A DNA stretch of 64,000 nucleotides from positions 4,960,001 to 5,024,000 of the forward strand of contig CM119384.1 in the NCBI GenBank assembly GCA_051294905.1, given 5' to 3'. The stretch is from Botryllus schlosseri (lineage: Eukaryota). Shown here in pieces: positions 45,368 to 60,570 of the stretch (positions within the stretch are counted from its first letter, which is position 1; each line of letters opens with the position of its first letter). A program made the translations under genes and the position numbers. The notes beneath the pieces are model-generated. The model had not been told where the DNA came from. It saw nothing but the letters and a program-made list of their open reading frames with translations, and did no database searches.

Positions 45368-48300
45368 CCGTTGGGAATGAGACGGAAAAACACGATTTCG
45401 TGGAGGTTATTGCGTCAAACGCACGATGGCATAAACTGGACTCCGCAGCGCCAGCTTCCGAATCGTGTCTTCCGTGCGATAAAACGTGTAGAAGACTTGA
45501 ACAAAGCGTTTATAGAAACGCTGAAAAGATGTCGCCCTTGAAACTGGTTCTAGTCGCGAGCTCGGTCAAGGAAGCGGGAACATCGAAAGTAGTTACCAAT
45601 TTAGAACCGGCGAATCAAATCGAATCTATTCAGTGGGCGGCTTTTACTGCGAAAATATCACAACTCTATAGGATACTTCCTGAGAAGGTCACTGGCCAGT
45701 AGAAGCGAATAACTTTTACATTTTCGAAGTACCAGAGTACGTTCTGAATACTTGAACTAATTGTTCGAGTGGTTATGATTTTTGTCTACTTCTACTCAAC
45801 AGCAGTATGCAATTATTGCCGACGGAAATTCGGTAATCGGAGATATTAGAGAAATTCATGTTCGCTTCGCTAAGAACATATCAAATCGATATCGCTAACT
45901 GGTTAGTAATAGTGGATGTCTCACCGCGTAAAATTAGTTTCGTGCACAGCACGGCTTTCTACTCCGATCTCGCGGTAAAGATGAGATGAGCCTGTTTAGT
46001 ATTTTCAATTCACCATTAGGTTTCGCAAACACCCATAATCCACACCCTGGTCGGATAACCGGTCAAAAATCAAGTTCTCAAGATATCGATCTACTCGGCG
46101 ATCAGATATACCACAACGGAAATACACCACCCGAAACGGAACGTGACCACTCAGCAAAAACACTACAAACCGCACGACGAAAAAGAAAGAAGTCCTCGAA
46201 TTAGCTATTGATGCAAATCGCCAAGACCGAATATATTCCACTTTCTCGCAGCGCCTTCACCAGTATTCCCAGAAATATATGTGGCGCCAGCAATCAAGCG
46301 TAATTCACCAACCAATGTTCAATGTTCAATGTTCATGTGTTATAATCACGCACGGCACAAGTAATTAACATACTAAGCACACAAGCGTGTGAACAATCAA
46401 CATTCAACCCGGAAAAATTCAAATGTACGCGAATTCGCGAATCATAAAAATTTCAATTCTATACTATGACAATATTATAAAGGGCGTCACAGTTATTAGA
46501 CTACAAATCGCCTAGCGTGGTGTAGTGTGTTTAACGAAATGTACGCTGACAAAAGTTACGCTCGCTACTGCCTCGGGCTGTACGGCCGTACGTACCCGAG
46601 TGAACATGAACGAACAGCGACTGCGTTATGGCAAGGCATTTCCTGCATGTTGCTCGCGACACGAAAATGAGACGTCAGATTGCTTCCGAGATATATGTAA
46701 GATCAAAATCATGGCCGTGAAAGCGGCACACGTGAATTACGGGTAGCGCAGCTGAACCGCGAACCGCTACGATCTATTTATAGGCGTCTGAAGCGGTTTA
46801 TTTCGGGATTACATGTTCGATTACTGAAGCCAGTACAACAAAACGTACCTTTTTGCTTACTTGGAAATCGTTCTACTTCTACTTGAACAGAAATTTAAGT
46901 CACTTCTCGTTTTACTCAGTACCAACGGTCAATACTTGACCAGAATGACCACCTGCTTGACACACATTGTGGTGTGCCAGCGCAACAAACAACAGTTAAT
47001 CGAGAGGACGCGAAATCACGGATGTCAGACATATTCGCTTGCTGATGATCCTTTCGGGAGCCGCGCTACATGAAGCTGCAAAGACACCCCACTGTAGACA
47101 CAGCAATTATCTGCAACCTGCTGCGAGGTCATCGCCTCATACCACGCCAGATACAGTGGCGTAGCCGCTGCCCACTTCAAATTCTCGACTTGCGTCTTTT
47201 GAATCATGACGCAATTCAATTTCGTCACGTCACAATGGTTATTCGTGGCGTTCGTCATTATTTATAAAACTTGGTCTACGCCAAATTTTCAGCCTGGCTA
47301 CACCTACGAACAGTACGATCTTACGGATACTACCTGTCGACGAATTGGCCATTGTATGCTATTACGCTGTACCTTGAAATTTAAAACGATAATTTGGACA
47401 CCATTTCACATCTGAGCATTACAACGTGTAACAAGGTATGGCATAGTGTTTCCTTTCGATATATGCATAATCGTAAAATGTGACCCCTTGATCAAACACA
47501 CAGATTATATAGATTGATATCGCAATTTCATGCGCTTACAGACATTCAATATTCCGTCGTATCAGAGACAATTATAACCAAAACATCGGTTCGATTAGGT
47601 TTTGAGGTCCAGAAAATATAATACGGGGCATTAGCGAAGGTTCGTTCACCGCAAGCGACACGCAGTCTTACACGAACAGAAACGACGCCCAAGAGCGCAA
47701 ACACAGGCAGACAACGCGTCCTGGATTCGACTCGTGTGATAATGGAATTCTAACAGGTGACGATCCAATTCAGTATCAAAGCCTGCCGTAATGACTAGAC
47801 ACGTAATTTCAAACTAAAATCGCAATATTGACCAGTTATTTCGAGGTTGCGTGCGCACAGACACCGACAGACCAAATACGCAATAAATTATATCGCGATG
47901 AGAACCAAGGAATGGCGTTTCAAAGCTTACATTTCACTGCGACTCGCACCCATTACTTATTAATGCGATGCAGATGGCGCGAAGGTGAAGACCGCCAAAC
48001 GCGGCCATCGACCAATTAGCGTTTGTGTACATGTACATTGCCAGCGTCTCGCGGTGCAGCAACATCAGTTTCCGCATTAGCTTTACGCCGATATAAATAG
48101 TGGTGAAGGGAGTCTCTCACAGACTCAGCTTATTGATAGGGCGGGATACAATGATTAGAGTACCGGTAGCCGAATCCGTATCAAGTGTCGATTGCAATGA
48201 TTCGGGTCCAGCAGCGTAAGATGATTTTTTTCTAGCAGTCAAGTTATACGCCCGTTACCACTTGAGAGTTGACATATCAACGAGAATAACATTTTCGATG

Positions 48301-51300
48301 CTGTTCTCCCGCCTTGAAATCGCGACTAGTCGTGTCACAGCGTACAAGCATCCAGCGCAAAGCTATGTACGACGTTGTACGTGAATGGAAATGACATATC
48401 TGTGAAATCGTGATCATCCCACAACGACAACATTGTCACAAAGCGCATGAAATAGGCCGGGTCTAATACCAAATCACCTTTAACGTGATGTAGAACGGCC
48501 CTTATATTACTCGTGATCTCATAGAAGGTACATATTTCGACCTCATTCATACTTCTTATGACGTCACAGCGAGTGAGTCGCATGATATCTAGCAGCAAAC
48601 CGCGTATTGCACACGTCAATCGCGGTCACCCAGCAGAACAAGACCCACACAACACTAGCATTCAGACTAGAGAATTACCGATATGATTTAGCGACATGAT
48701 GTAGGCTAATTTCGCACCTAAGAACGAATCAAGCCTTAGCAGCGTTGATATTCCAACAGGGCAGGCGTAACTATGTGTGGTCAATGCGATCACAACTATA
48801 TAGATTGTGTCAGTTAGTTTGAAAAAGTCAATATAACTAAGCGTGGTGACCGCGGTTACAAGTCAGCTTTCTAGCCAAATCGAAAACGAAACGGAATTCA
48901 AACCAAACACACCAACGCATGGAACTATGCAACTTGAAACAGTGATGATAATTCACGATACGCTACAATGCACAGTTGAACACCTAAATATATTTAGCTT
49001 TTCCGAATTAAATTAGAATTAGAATTACTGAATTAGCAAAACTTTGAAATTTAATAAATTACCGGCATTTCGCTCCGATTACTGTAATTTGACAACTAGA
49101 ATTATTAGTTGTTGTCCGAGTCTGTTACAATGTACCACTGTACCAGTCTGAACATTTCAAGCAACGGACCTCGAACAACATCACGGGAATAGCTCAATCG
49201 CAAGCATAAGGTGGTGATAACGAGCATCAATTGAGATTGATTTTAATACACAGCGACACTGAGGTTCGCGAAAAAAAGGCAATCGATCGCCATACAGCCG
49301 CGACAGCTCACTACTGACCTCGTTACACGCAAAAGCCCTGATGTTATCAGCCGCGCGGAGATTAAGAGTCGCGCTCGACTTATCTCCAATGAAGGGATTA
49401 TGTCGCGCTCGCATGCAGCAACACGCATGTTAGTGTTAATCGTAGTTAAAGTTACAGAGGCTGCCACAGAAACTTGGTCAAGACGCCACGGGACAGTGAA
49501 AGACTTTTCACAGTCTCCATTTTTCGCAGTCGCCATATTTCTGGTAAAAATCGAAGTCGTGCGAGCTACACGCTGTCCAAAAATAGGTCTCGAAGCTAAT
49601 TAGAGAAATGTTGCGGGAAGATTGCCGAGATGTTTTTGTCGAAACACCCATTCTACAGTAAAATATAAGAAGTGGTCAGTAACGAGATACTTCTATTTTT
49701 TCCGGACAACACTAATACTTTTTTCCTGCTTGCAGCGGGCATCGCCGCGTCGCAAATTCCAATCATGAAATCAATGTTAAATCTCAAGATTATTATTCTT
49801 ATTCAAACCTAACGCTGTAACGCAGTACAACGAAATTGACGATCCGTGTCGACTACAGAAGCATCACATACCATCAAAGGATAAAACATAAAAACTAGTA
49901 AACAGCTATGGGAGAACGATCCAAAAAACGATTCGAACACATTTTCAATGCCAGTTTATGGATTTTGAGCACACCTATTTCACGCAATAGGCCGCATGCA
50001 GTATTTTCACAGAGAACCATACCACGGGGTTGACAAATAGCTCGCCTTATTTACTCATTTGTGATTGCATGAAAGACAAAAGGTACATATTTGAACTCGT
50101 CAACTCTGTTTTGCGGCTGTGACGTCATTATGAGAATTCTCGGGTACCCTATTTTGCGCAGTTCTACTTACAGCGAATGATTTCGTTGAATTTTGCAATC
50201 CGAAATTAGAGGCGGGGCGGGAGCAAGCGACGATTTACAGCCGATCGAGACAGAGCCCACAAATTCCGCAAACCGGTCAGCTGTTGTATTTGAACAAGGC
50301 GAGACAGTTTCCATCGCTTTTCGTTCTTCCCAGTTATACATACACTTGAAGGCCTTCGCGCCTTCGCGTTCAGAAAGACGGCGATAAAGCGGCGCGCGAA
50401 CGATTCTGCCGTAATTTCGATAGCGAACGGGTGATTCATGACAAGAAAATTTGAAAACCACTCGTTCCAGCAGTACACAATCAACGCACAAGTCTCAGAC
50501 GGCACTGCTATATCGTGTATAGCCATTGGTCACGCGAGACAACCACATAAAATCAAGCGTCCACCCCACATACATATTATGCATAAATCGACGAATAACA
50601 ACAAAGCAGCCTGCATTCTACACATGTCAAACACACAAGAGCGACTTTGCCTAACTACCACACGCCTACCATAAGATTAGATTGATTCTCCGATAAAATA
50701 CACGGAGTCGTCGGCTAATAACAGCCGTTAATATCAAAGTGGGACATATGGACAACTACAAAATTTTCAGCGTTTCCAAATTAGATTAGAATTAAAATGG
50801 GATCTCCACTTTTCTTCAAATTAGACTACAATTAGAATGATAGCTACACAGTATTTTTTAAATTAGATTAGAACTACAATTAAAGCTACATTTTTTCAAA
50901 TTTGATTAGAATTAGAATTACTGTAATTTACGAAAACTGGGAAATGGAATCAAGTCCATTTCATACCGAATCCAAATTCATTCATATAAGTATGAGTATT
51001 GGACATGGCAAATCTCTGTAGACCGAGCTTGTCTTGTTGCGCAGTTGCGCACTATACACCTCTGCTGTAACATTTTCGGGAAAACGAGAAATTAGATTAG
51101 AATTAAAATTAGAGCGTAAAAACATTTCACAAATTAGATAAGAATTACATTGCAGGCATTTCGCTGTAATTAATTTCAATTAGACAACCAGAATTACTGT
51201 CTCGTTGTCTAATCTGATTGATTCCAAAACGATATTATACGAAAGCCCGGCACAAATTGCACAAGAATTCTACAAATTTCGCCAACGCATAGTAAGTGCC

Positions 51301-54300
51301 GTGATGAGGTTTCCGAACCATGACGCCATGAGTACCTTGTATAGCAGAAATGCCAAGGAATTCCGGCCGTCTCTCTAAAATACTGTATAATCGCCGCTCG
51401 CCGGGCCAGTACCTTCGATGTAAGACTTTTCAAGTCGCAATGGACAATATCAATTTGCCACAAGACTAGCCAACGATTGTTCGACATGGTCTACCATCCA
51501 CAATAATACAACAATCCTGCATGAGATACAGTCAAGCCGGGGTCGCATTCGAGATAGCGCGAGCACAACTTCAAGTAATTCCTGTCCTATGTAAACAAAA
51601 GCTCTTTTCTTTGTCAAGATGATATACACATACACGTGTGTATATGCTGGTAATACAAAGTACAATTTGGAGCATGCCGGCAGCAAAATTTCAGTGCTAC
51701 TAACGATTCCTTAACCGCATGCGTTATCCGATATAATACTGGATCGCGTATTGTCTGTGCACATTAGTACAGCCGATTACTAAGCCCATTCGAATGCAAC
51801 GTTGTAGCAACAATTTACACGTATCAGCAAATACCGCATTAATTACCGCATTTATTTGGGAGCCAATTGATTTCAATGTCAGAACTCGCTAGGCCCCTAT
51901 ACGTAATGTCCCGGTCCACGCAGGATAACTAATATTCCTGACCGCAATAGTACGGCGCCCATGATACGAAACCTCAAGCTGAGCTAGGAAACCAGACAAA
52001 CAGAGCATGGCATCTTAGGAACAAATGTATTACCATAGACGTCAAATTAACCGCAGCCGAGTGTAAAACCTTTTGTATCGCTGAGGGTAATCACGGCTCC
52101 CATTCTTTTCTCAATGCAAACACTGACTAGACTCGATCATACACTTTGCTTATTGGAAATCATCGTTTCGAAGTACTATTATTTTACGTTGGAATACCTT
52201 GCGGCTTTTTCACTATTACTTCGGCGTTAAGACCTCGATTAGTTTCCTAATTGCTATCCAGTATCCAGCCTATCCTTTTTTCCAGGACGAAATTGAGCAG
52301 CAGTCTTCCTCCCTTAGAATTGTCTTATATTGTGTTCAAGCATCGTTTTTTTAGATTTTTCAATCAGCCGAATTCGAGAATATACTTTGAGGAATCATAT
52401 TTTCACAAGATATAGCGGAAGTGACATTGGGGATGAGCCACCCAGCAAGTCCTTATTTCAGTTTAAGGGGCGAGCCATTGGGTGCTAGAGCCTTGAGTGG
52501 GCAATGCATGAATGAAACACACTGATTATATCGCATGCAGCTATGTAAACATAAACAGACGGTCGACGCATTCAGTTGAACCAGCATATCTGACAACAAG
52601 ATTTGCGACCGTATCGAACATTCGCTGTGATTCACAAAATTAATCCACTAATAATCGGTTGCAACACGACCGTGGTTGCACAAACCTTGCCACAATGTAA
52701 TACTTTACACGAGTATTCATAAGCTATCAAAGAGCGCTAGTCCATTCCGACAGGAATTTCCGGGCGAATTTACAACAGCGCTTCCAACCACACGAGTAAG
52801 AATCGATACGCTGTTCCGATGTAGAAATCCTAACGCACCATTGAGCCACGGGGGACATCGTTGGCTCGGATATTTCCACCGAAAAGTTTCAATTTGAACG
52901 CACTTAAACGCAATGTGAAAGGCAATATTGTGTGAGGTGTTGGTATCAACTCGTTGAATAGTATATTGAGGTTCTGTACCTCCAAGAAGCTCTTGTTACA
53001 ACTTACTGCTTCGATGGAAGCAAGTATTAGTATGATATCTACCAACGAACTTCGCGGCGACACTAATCGCCCCTGTCGGGTTTAGAAAGGCGCATGCTGC
53101 GAGCAAGCGACTGCTCACAATGGACGCGTCAAGTATGTCGGCGGTCAACAAAACATTAAATCGCGGCAGCAAACACCTTCATCGCAATGCGAGTACGCAA
53201 TATCCGCTAGCTCGCGGGAACATCTCACAAAGCCGACGTTTGAAAACTTGTCAAATCCTGCCAGCTGAAAGATGGTCTGTTGATACGCGGCTTTGCGAGC
53301 ATTATCATGTCGATTGTAAGTCGCTTCCAGGCGGTGCCGCCGAGACAAATGATGGAGATTTTCGGTGGCGTAAACTCATTCCAGATATCTTACTGTGTAA
53401 CAGCTTCGTGGTTTGTGTACGATGTGATATCGCACCGACTCGCACAAATCTTTCTTTCACACTGTCATGTACGCATTAGGCGTTCACGGTATGGAAATAC
53501 GTCAATACCATGCATTGTAGAGCTATTTTCGACAAAGTTGTACGCGTAACGTGGTCAGTAACCAGTATATCTGATAGTGTACACTTCGCACTGTAGCGCA
53601 CAGTATATAACTTTTGCAGCATAACCTCAGTTGTATATTTTAAGCTACAACAACAGACATTGATCGAAGTCCGTCAATTCAGCGACAAGATACCCAGCGC
53701 CCTGTAGTAATGTCTGGCGATCTGAATTGAGAGCAGATTGCATATTCCAGACTTGCGAATATTAGCAACGATGACGGATGCGTAGTTACTGGGGGAAATG
53801 CATCCTATGTATTTTCGTTTCCAATATAGTGAGATCGTAATGCATTCGATAACTATTTAATCGTTGTAAATTGTGATATTCATTCAATACAGAGCGGATG
53901 GCGGCCGAGATGTGACAGTAGATTGTCGAACTCTATCATTCCTCAATTTTCGATCGATCCATCTTAGAAAAGTATAGCTGAGCAATGAGCATGGAGCCCT
54001 TCCCGGCCAATAAAGTCGTAGAATTGCAAGTTGTCGCATCTTATGTGACGTCACAGTGGCGCCGTGACAATCATTAAATTAAAGCGAATGACATCAATTT
54101 CCCAATGGTCACGTGCACTGCAACCGATATTGATACAATGACTTCAGCACGGCTGCTCAATTCGTTATGCAAAGTATAACCGATAAAGTATCAGATACCA
54201 CACGAAGATCGGTAGACCAGCAAGGGGTGGTCAACTTTACTTGCTATAAACTTGACCAAGTAGGCTACTTGGATATCATGACAAACCCCGGACGACCAGC

Positions 54301-54452
54301 AGAACAGTCTTAGCTTTATCCTCGATTTGTCCTGACCACGTAAGGTTGAGCATACAATGTTCACACGTTTCGTAACCAACTCGATTTTTGTATTGGCCAC
54401 ACTGTACTGCAACAGCATCGGTCCGCCTTAATTACTCAAATTTCCATGCCCG

Positions 54453-54871
54453 TGACGTCATATTTGGTGATACGATTGTTAATGTACAATGTCCTTTTCA
54501 GTTCTCTGCTAGTTGCTGACGATTTCCGCTGACGACTGTGAGCCCAAAATACTCGGGCATATTTCAATATGATTATATTATTCAACTGCCACACCACATT
54601 AAATCACGTTTTACCGTTTCCACTCCTATCAATTATATGCACCCACCGGTAGCCGCAACAATCGCTATATCCAAACACCACGTGAGCAATTTTCTGAAGA
54701 AACGGATACGACAAAGTTGTTTCACACAGACATACGGAATAGCTTTGAGACATTGTACAATATGTGCAATTATAATTATGAAAATTGAATCATATATTCA
54801 CATTGACATAAACCCGAATAGTTTCGGCTGACACTCGTCATGGGTAATGGTCAGCAATTAGTAGAGAATTC
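54453..54871. mobile_element. Family A palindromic MITE, near full-length copy
   Basis: Left arm tgacgtcatatttggtgat...cccaaaatactcgggcatatttcaatatga. Right arm cataaacccgaatagtttcggctgacactcgtcatgggtaatggtcagcaattagtagagaat. Confidence 0.7.
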
Positions 54872-56904
54872 TAATATTCAAATTCAACATTATAAATTGG
54901 AAAGCGAAGTTCTGAATCTCTGATTATCTCTGCAGACGTTCATTTGTACAATGTACACATGCGCCAGCTACTAATAACCTGACAGCGCGGCGAAACGACC
55001 TGACTACCCATACTTTATTCCGCAGTAGCAAGACTATAAACTAGAGACGCGACTAAGTTCACGCGGTCTAGGGCGAACTGGGAAACATTGAGGTAAATCG
55101 CGTGATACATATCTGAATTTATGCGCGTATGTATACACGATACGGTACACGCGTACATCGTCGGACAAAGACTCGACTGTAGTTAGCCGTGTTATTTTGC
55201 GACACAGCACCAAAGAACAAACGAAAAATATGTGACATCACACCTTACCTTAGTAGCACATATTTCTCATTATCATCGCTTCAAGACTAATTCTTCCCTG
55301 CCCTGCTACACGACCCGAACAGCCATTACCGCTGCCGACAAATCAGCTCAGTGTTTGGCGAGAGAAGTCGCAACGCAAGCCTCGGGTGATCAGCCGCTTT
55401 TAAACGAGTTCAATAAAATCGCTCACGCGTGATACGAAACACCAGAACGCAGAGCTCGCATTAAATCCAGAATTACTGTTTGCAGTCCAGAAATACGCAC
55501 GATATTGACATCATTGAGAAATACAGTACAATATAATATATATTGTACCGGTATTACTGCATTGATAAATCTCATTAATATGCCTGAAAAGGCTTTACCG
55601 TGGACCTCATAAAGGAAAGCGTACAGCTTCTTTAGGCGGCTGACTCGATATATCGATAAGACGCTTTGTCGCGCTTCACAAAACAGTCGTTTTGACATAT
55701 CAGTCAATTACGACCGACACTAACTAAGGTTTTGAAGCATTTGTGCTGCAGATCACAGTTCTACGCAATCTCGAACCCAGAAAAACACACTGATATGAAT
55801 TGCTAGTTGTGATAAACAAGTATTTCAGGAGCTTCTTGGAGGTACAGAACTTCAATATACAATTGAATAATATATTCATACTGAAGTAAACCCGAATATT
55901 TTCGGCTGACGTACTCGGGTTTATTTCAATATATCATTCAATTATATAGTAAACAAGTCGCGAAGCCCGGCAGGTATAAACTCTGAAAGGGATAATCACA
56001 ATCCGATTTGCTGGTGGTAACATTGCCGGAAATATATATGTAAAAGTAACACCCGGCGAGCAAATAAATTGCCAACATTTTACGTGGTCTACTGTATAAT
56101 ATATGCACGAATGCTAACTGTGTAGCCTCATTCTCGATATGTGTAAGTGTATCGTCTGATTTGACGCAAGTGAATGATTGGTATATTACGACGCTGCCGA
56201 TGAACCCGTACAACACTACATTGCGAATAGTTAAACGTAGGCAAGCTCTCATTCTGAATATACAGCCGTATCAAATTAGTAGTAATTCCATATATACCAT
56301 CATTGTATACTGTGAAATCGCTACTAGACGCCTTCGTCAACCAGGCAACCAGGCATGAACTACAGATGAACTTCGCAGATATTAATCGGCAGCATCGACA
56401 GGAAGAATTGATGAACGTGACTACCCGACGAGAGTTAATTGGAATCTTGGATTTGGCAAAATAGACAATAGACGCCGGCAGCCGTCGCCTTTGTGCGCAA
56501 TACTTTCGAATCAAGTATAGTTATCTCGTGTTTGTCTTGCCGTCGAATGACGGCTCTTGTGAAATGTTGGCTTACCGTGTAACTCGTAAGGGTAATCGCT
56601 ACCGCTCCCACGCAAAAGCTACGTGAAAAGAATTATAATATCGTATAGCGTCAACGAGATAAGTGCCACATTCGCGGAAGCCGTGAATGCCAAAATGCAT
56701 TGTTTTAACTTGAACACAAGATATGGCAACACGTCTACCGCAAGTCACATATTGTATTATAAACAGGCTAAAAATGAATCCGGACGGACCAACATCTGTG
56801 CGACTAAAACCTCAAATATTGACGAATTCACGGTTCAATACGGAGCCAAACCATAACTGTAGCTATTGCCAATGCGGTACGGCGTATATACGTGTACTGT
56901 ACAG

Positions 56905-57438
56905 TAGGGGTGTTCAAAAATGACTTTAATTCAAATTGTACTTGACTACTGGCTACTTGATAAAATTGTTACGTTACCTAAAATAATGCTGCACACCAAT
57001 ATTGGCTCAATTCCAACCCATAGTGGCATTGCTATAAGAAAAAACTTTTGGATATATTTAATAAAAATAAATATAGAATTTTTCAAATATTACTAACCAC
57101 CGGGGCCTAAATATCGTAGGCCCCGTAACCACCCCATGAAATGGTTAGATTGTCTGAGAAGATAAGGCACAACGAATTTGACTCAATTCGAACCTGTAGA
57201 AACGAAGTTATTCTTGTTCAAAATTACAGATTTCATATCATAGTATTTACGGTGGGTAGACTTATAATAAATATTTATTTTCATTAAATAAATTTAAAAC
57301 TTTTTTTAACTCATAGCAATGCCTCGCTAGGTTGGAATTGCACCAAAATTGGTGCGCAGCCTTTAACTAGGTAACCTAACAATTATATCAAGTAGTCATT
57401 ACAATTTGAGAAAAAAAAGTCATTTTTTAACATCCCTA
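56905..57438. mobile_element. Foldback MITE with long imperfect inverted arms
   Basis: Termini TAGGGGTGTTCAAAAATGACTTT / AAAGTCATTTTTTAACATCCCTA. An inner inverted pair lies at about 56990-57090 and 57250-57360. Confidence 0.65.
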
Positions 57439-57439
57439 T

Positions 57440-59189
57440 CAGACATGGGGTGATTACTTCGTAAATGTAATCGATTGCGATTACGATTACTTTTGAATGA
57501 CGCGATTACGATTACGATTACGATTACAGCAAAATCAGGAAGTAGTCGATTACGATTACGATTACATTTGAAAAGTAATCACGATTACTCACGATTACAT
57601 TTATTTTGCTTCTTATAAGTTATATTGTATGACAATATATGGATTGCGCTGAAAAGGCCTGATGAGATAACAACTTTGCGACATTTGCTTGTTACGTCAT
57701 AAAGTACCCATTGCCCATTTTATAGAGGACGGTTTATCGCACACAACGTTTTGCATTCTTGCCAGGTCTATAACTGCCTCACCCCAAATTCCCCAATAGG
57801 GTGTGGAGCGTGGTTGGAGGGTAGGCTACTCAAAAGTATTTCGTAAACCAACATAAATTATAGAGTATTTTCGAGATATTTCATTAACTTGGAAATGATC
57901 TTTGAGATTTGCGATTTAAATGTCTCTAGATAGCTTGATTTTGAAATACATAGGCTACGTCTCCTACTTAAGAAAAAAAGCACGCATAATTTATAGTAAC
58001 AGGCGTTTAGGTGCGTCTCACGTAAGTATTTCTTTTAGTCTGCTACGTTTTGGCCACAACAATGTCTTTCGATTGTATAAAAGGCCGGAGGTCACGAATT
58101 AACAACATACCCTAAATAGTAATTATTACAACATACCAAATGTTATAAATATGAATTACGTGCTCCCAGCTCTTCAGGTAAATCTGACCATCGGGGGCTG
58201 AGAGAGAATTAAAAATGAATCGTAACATAATGAAATTACCAACATTATTGACGGAATTAAATCTTCAACTTGAAAATTAACTACCCCATGGGGGCCCAAG
58301 ACCAACGTTTGGAGTGGGGGACGATTTGATGTTTTTGTCCGGATTCTAGCTACAAGCCACGATAACATTGTATATAAGCCGATGGCTATGACAAAAGGTT
58401 CAAATGTTGGGTAAAGAATTGTGAAATAACGATTGGCGCCCGTTTCAAGCAGAACCATATGAGAATAAGAAAAAGTGTACATAAAATTCTGCCTTCAACT
58501 TGATACAGATAATGTAATGCAAGGGGTCATTATAAAAGAAACGGCTCGGTTATGATATAAATCAGCAGCTGTTGATTTTTAATGCTTCGTCGTGGAAACC
58601 GTAATATGTTATATGACGATTAGGCCACAAAATTGCAAACCATTGTCCGGTGTACGTTTGTACTACATAGGCCTACTGCTCGCCAAGCAGCAACGGTCAA
58701 ACTGCGTTTAACTAAGCATAACTAAACATCAATACAAAAGTTACTATATTAAACTAGGCGAAGTGCTGCTGATCCTTATATACAGCACGGTGAGTGTTCT
58801 TACACTCACACTAATGTACAATGTACATAGAATATCTCTTATTCACTATTAGGATAACTGGATACTTCCTACGCAATGACGAGCAAGCTAATTGGCCACT
58901 TCTGACGTAATAATGAGCAGTGGCATTTGGAAATCTGGCGTTTGTGCTATCACTAACTGGCATAATCCCTCTTCCTTGTTCACCAATGTTCAGTTTATGT
59001 CATATTCTTGTACAAATAAAAAGTAATCGTTCTTTCACAAAGAAATCGATTAAATATGGGAAGTAGTCGATTACGATTACGATTACTTCGTAATTTTCTC
59101 GAATGTAATCGATTGCGATTACGATTACTCGAAAATACTGTAATCGTCGTAATCGATTACGATTACTAATCGCGATTACCCCATGTCTG
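57440..59189. mobile_element. hAT-like non-autonomous element with (GATTAC)n subterminal arrays, about 1750 bp
   Basis: 12-bp TIR CAGACATGGGGT. Flanks ATCCCTAT and ATTCCCTAT (TSD with a 1-nt indel). gattac repeats occur at 57450-57600 and 59065-59180. Confidence 0.75.
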
Positions 59190-60570
59190 ATTCCCTATAG
59201 TGTACCCATACTTTTAGCATATAATCGGTGGCGGCTGCTTTCGAAATTTCAAGATACCTCTTCGCGGCGAACGCAAATTACTAATGACTTCACTATTGGG
59301 TGAAATTTTTAAACATATATTCAGCCGTTACTGTGATGGTTATTTTACGCGGTTCTTATGACGATTCCACACATACGGGATGCAGACTCATACCAAAACG
59401 TGAGTAGATTTCCCGAGAAATCTGATCAAGTAGGCAAGTAGCAGTCAATGCTTCGTTGTTTCAAAGCTCTGTAATTGTTCGGGACCATGCCGATTTCGAT
59501 ATTTGAGAGCGGCTCGTTGCCTTTAAAAAGGTTAAGAACTAGCACAAAAACGGAAGAGCAGGAAACCGCGGATTCAAACCCCGATTCGCAACCGTCGATC
59601 GGTGAATAATGACGTCATAACGTAATTATTCCAACGCACTTTGCGATTGTTGGTAATCACATTACTCATGCCCGGCTTCGACAACCTAACGAGCGGATTG
59701 CAGAGAAATATCTTTGTATCATAATCGTCTATTAACGATCCGGCAATCCGCGTAAGAGCGCTGTGCTGCACGCCGGGAGAGATTTAAGCCGCGGTAGGTA
59801 GGGACCCGCGATTCTGTTGTATATCAATTATTTATAATTAATTCAAGACAAACGCTTCGTCGACGCGTAGCGCCGTAAAAAAACGCCGAGAGTCTCGGGC
59901 GAGCGAACCAACCCGCTACCCTGTGGCAATCTGGCGATACGCGCACAGCGAAGCGTTGCCTTGAAGTTTCTCGACAACGAAGCGCGTCTCGGCAGCAGTA
60001 AATCCCACGCGAGTCTCCTCACATGACCAGAACTCGATAATACGAAGCGGCCGCTGAGCGGTCAATAAAACGTATACTGCGTCGGAATCACCGCAGAGTG
60101 GATAACTAGAATTAGAATTATACAATTAAATAGTGTTTTCATATTGAAATGAGCCCGAATATTTCCGGCTGACACTGGCCAGGGGTAATCGTCAGAAACT
60201 ATGAGATACTTGGAAAGAACACTGTACAATGTTGGGTGTGTACATCAACAATCGTATACAATGTTCTTCCCAATTCTGTACTAGTTGCAGGCGATTTCGC
60301 CTGGCGAGTGTCAGCCGAAAATATCAGGGTTCATTTCAACATGACTAATGACTGTACTATTCAATTGTGTATTGTAGTTCTGTACCTCCAAGGAGCTCTT
60401 CAATTAGAATCATAGCTAGCGTTTTTTCTAAATTAGATTAGAATTAGGACTATAGCTACAGATTTTTCCTTATTGCATTAGAATTAGAAACTTGGAAATT
60501 GAAACAAATTCACTTCATTCAAATCAGATCTCGTCTTCATAACGCATTAGAACGACAAATGACTGTACAA

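Noticed and set aside
53120-53479. 119-aa ORF and the other 60-130 aa ORFs between 39 and 64 kb
   Set aside because: They have no recognisable domains, overlap in several frames, and have lengths expected by chance.
56328-56464. Protein-like stretch AFVNQATRHELQMNFADINRQHRQEELMNVTTRRELIGILDLAK* after an AG
   Set aside because: No phase-compatible upstream exon or recognisable family was found, so it is too short to support.
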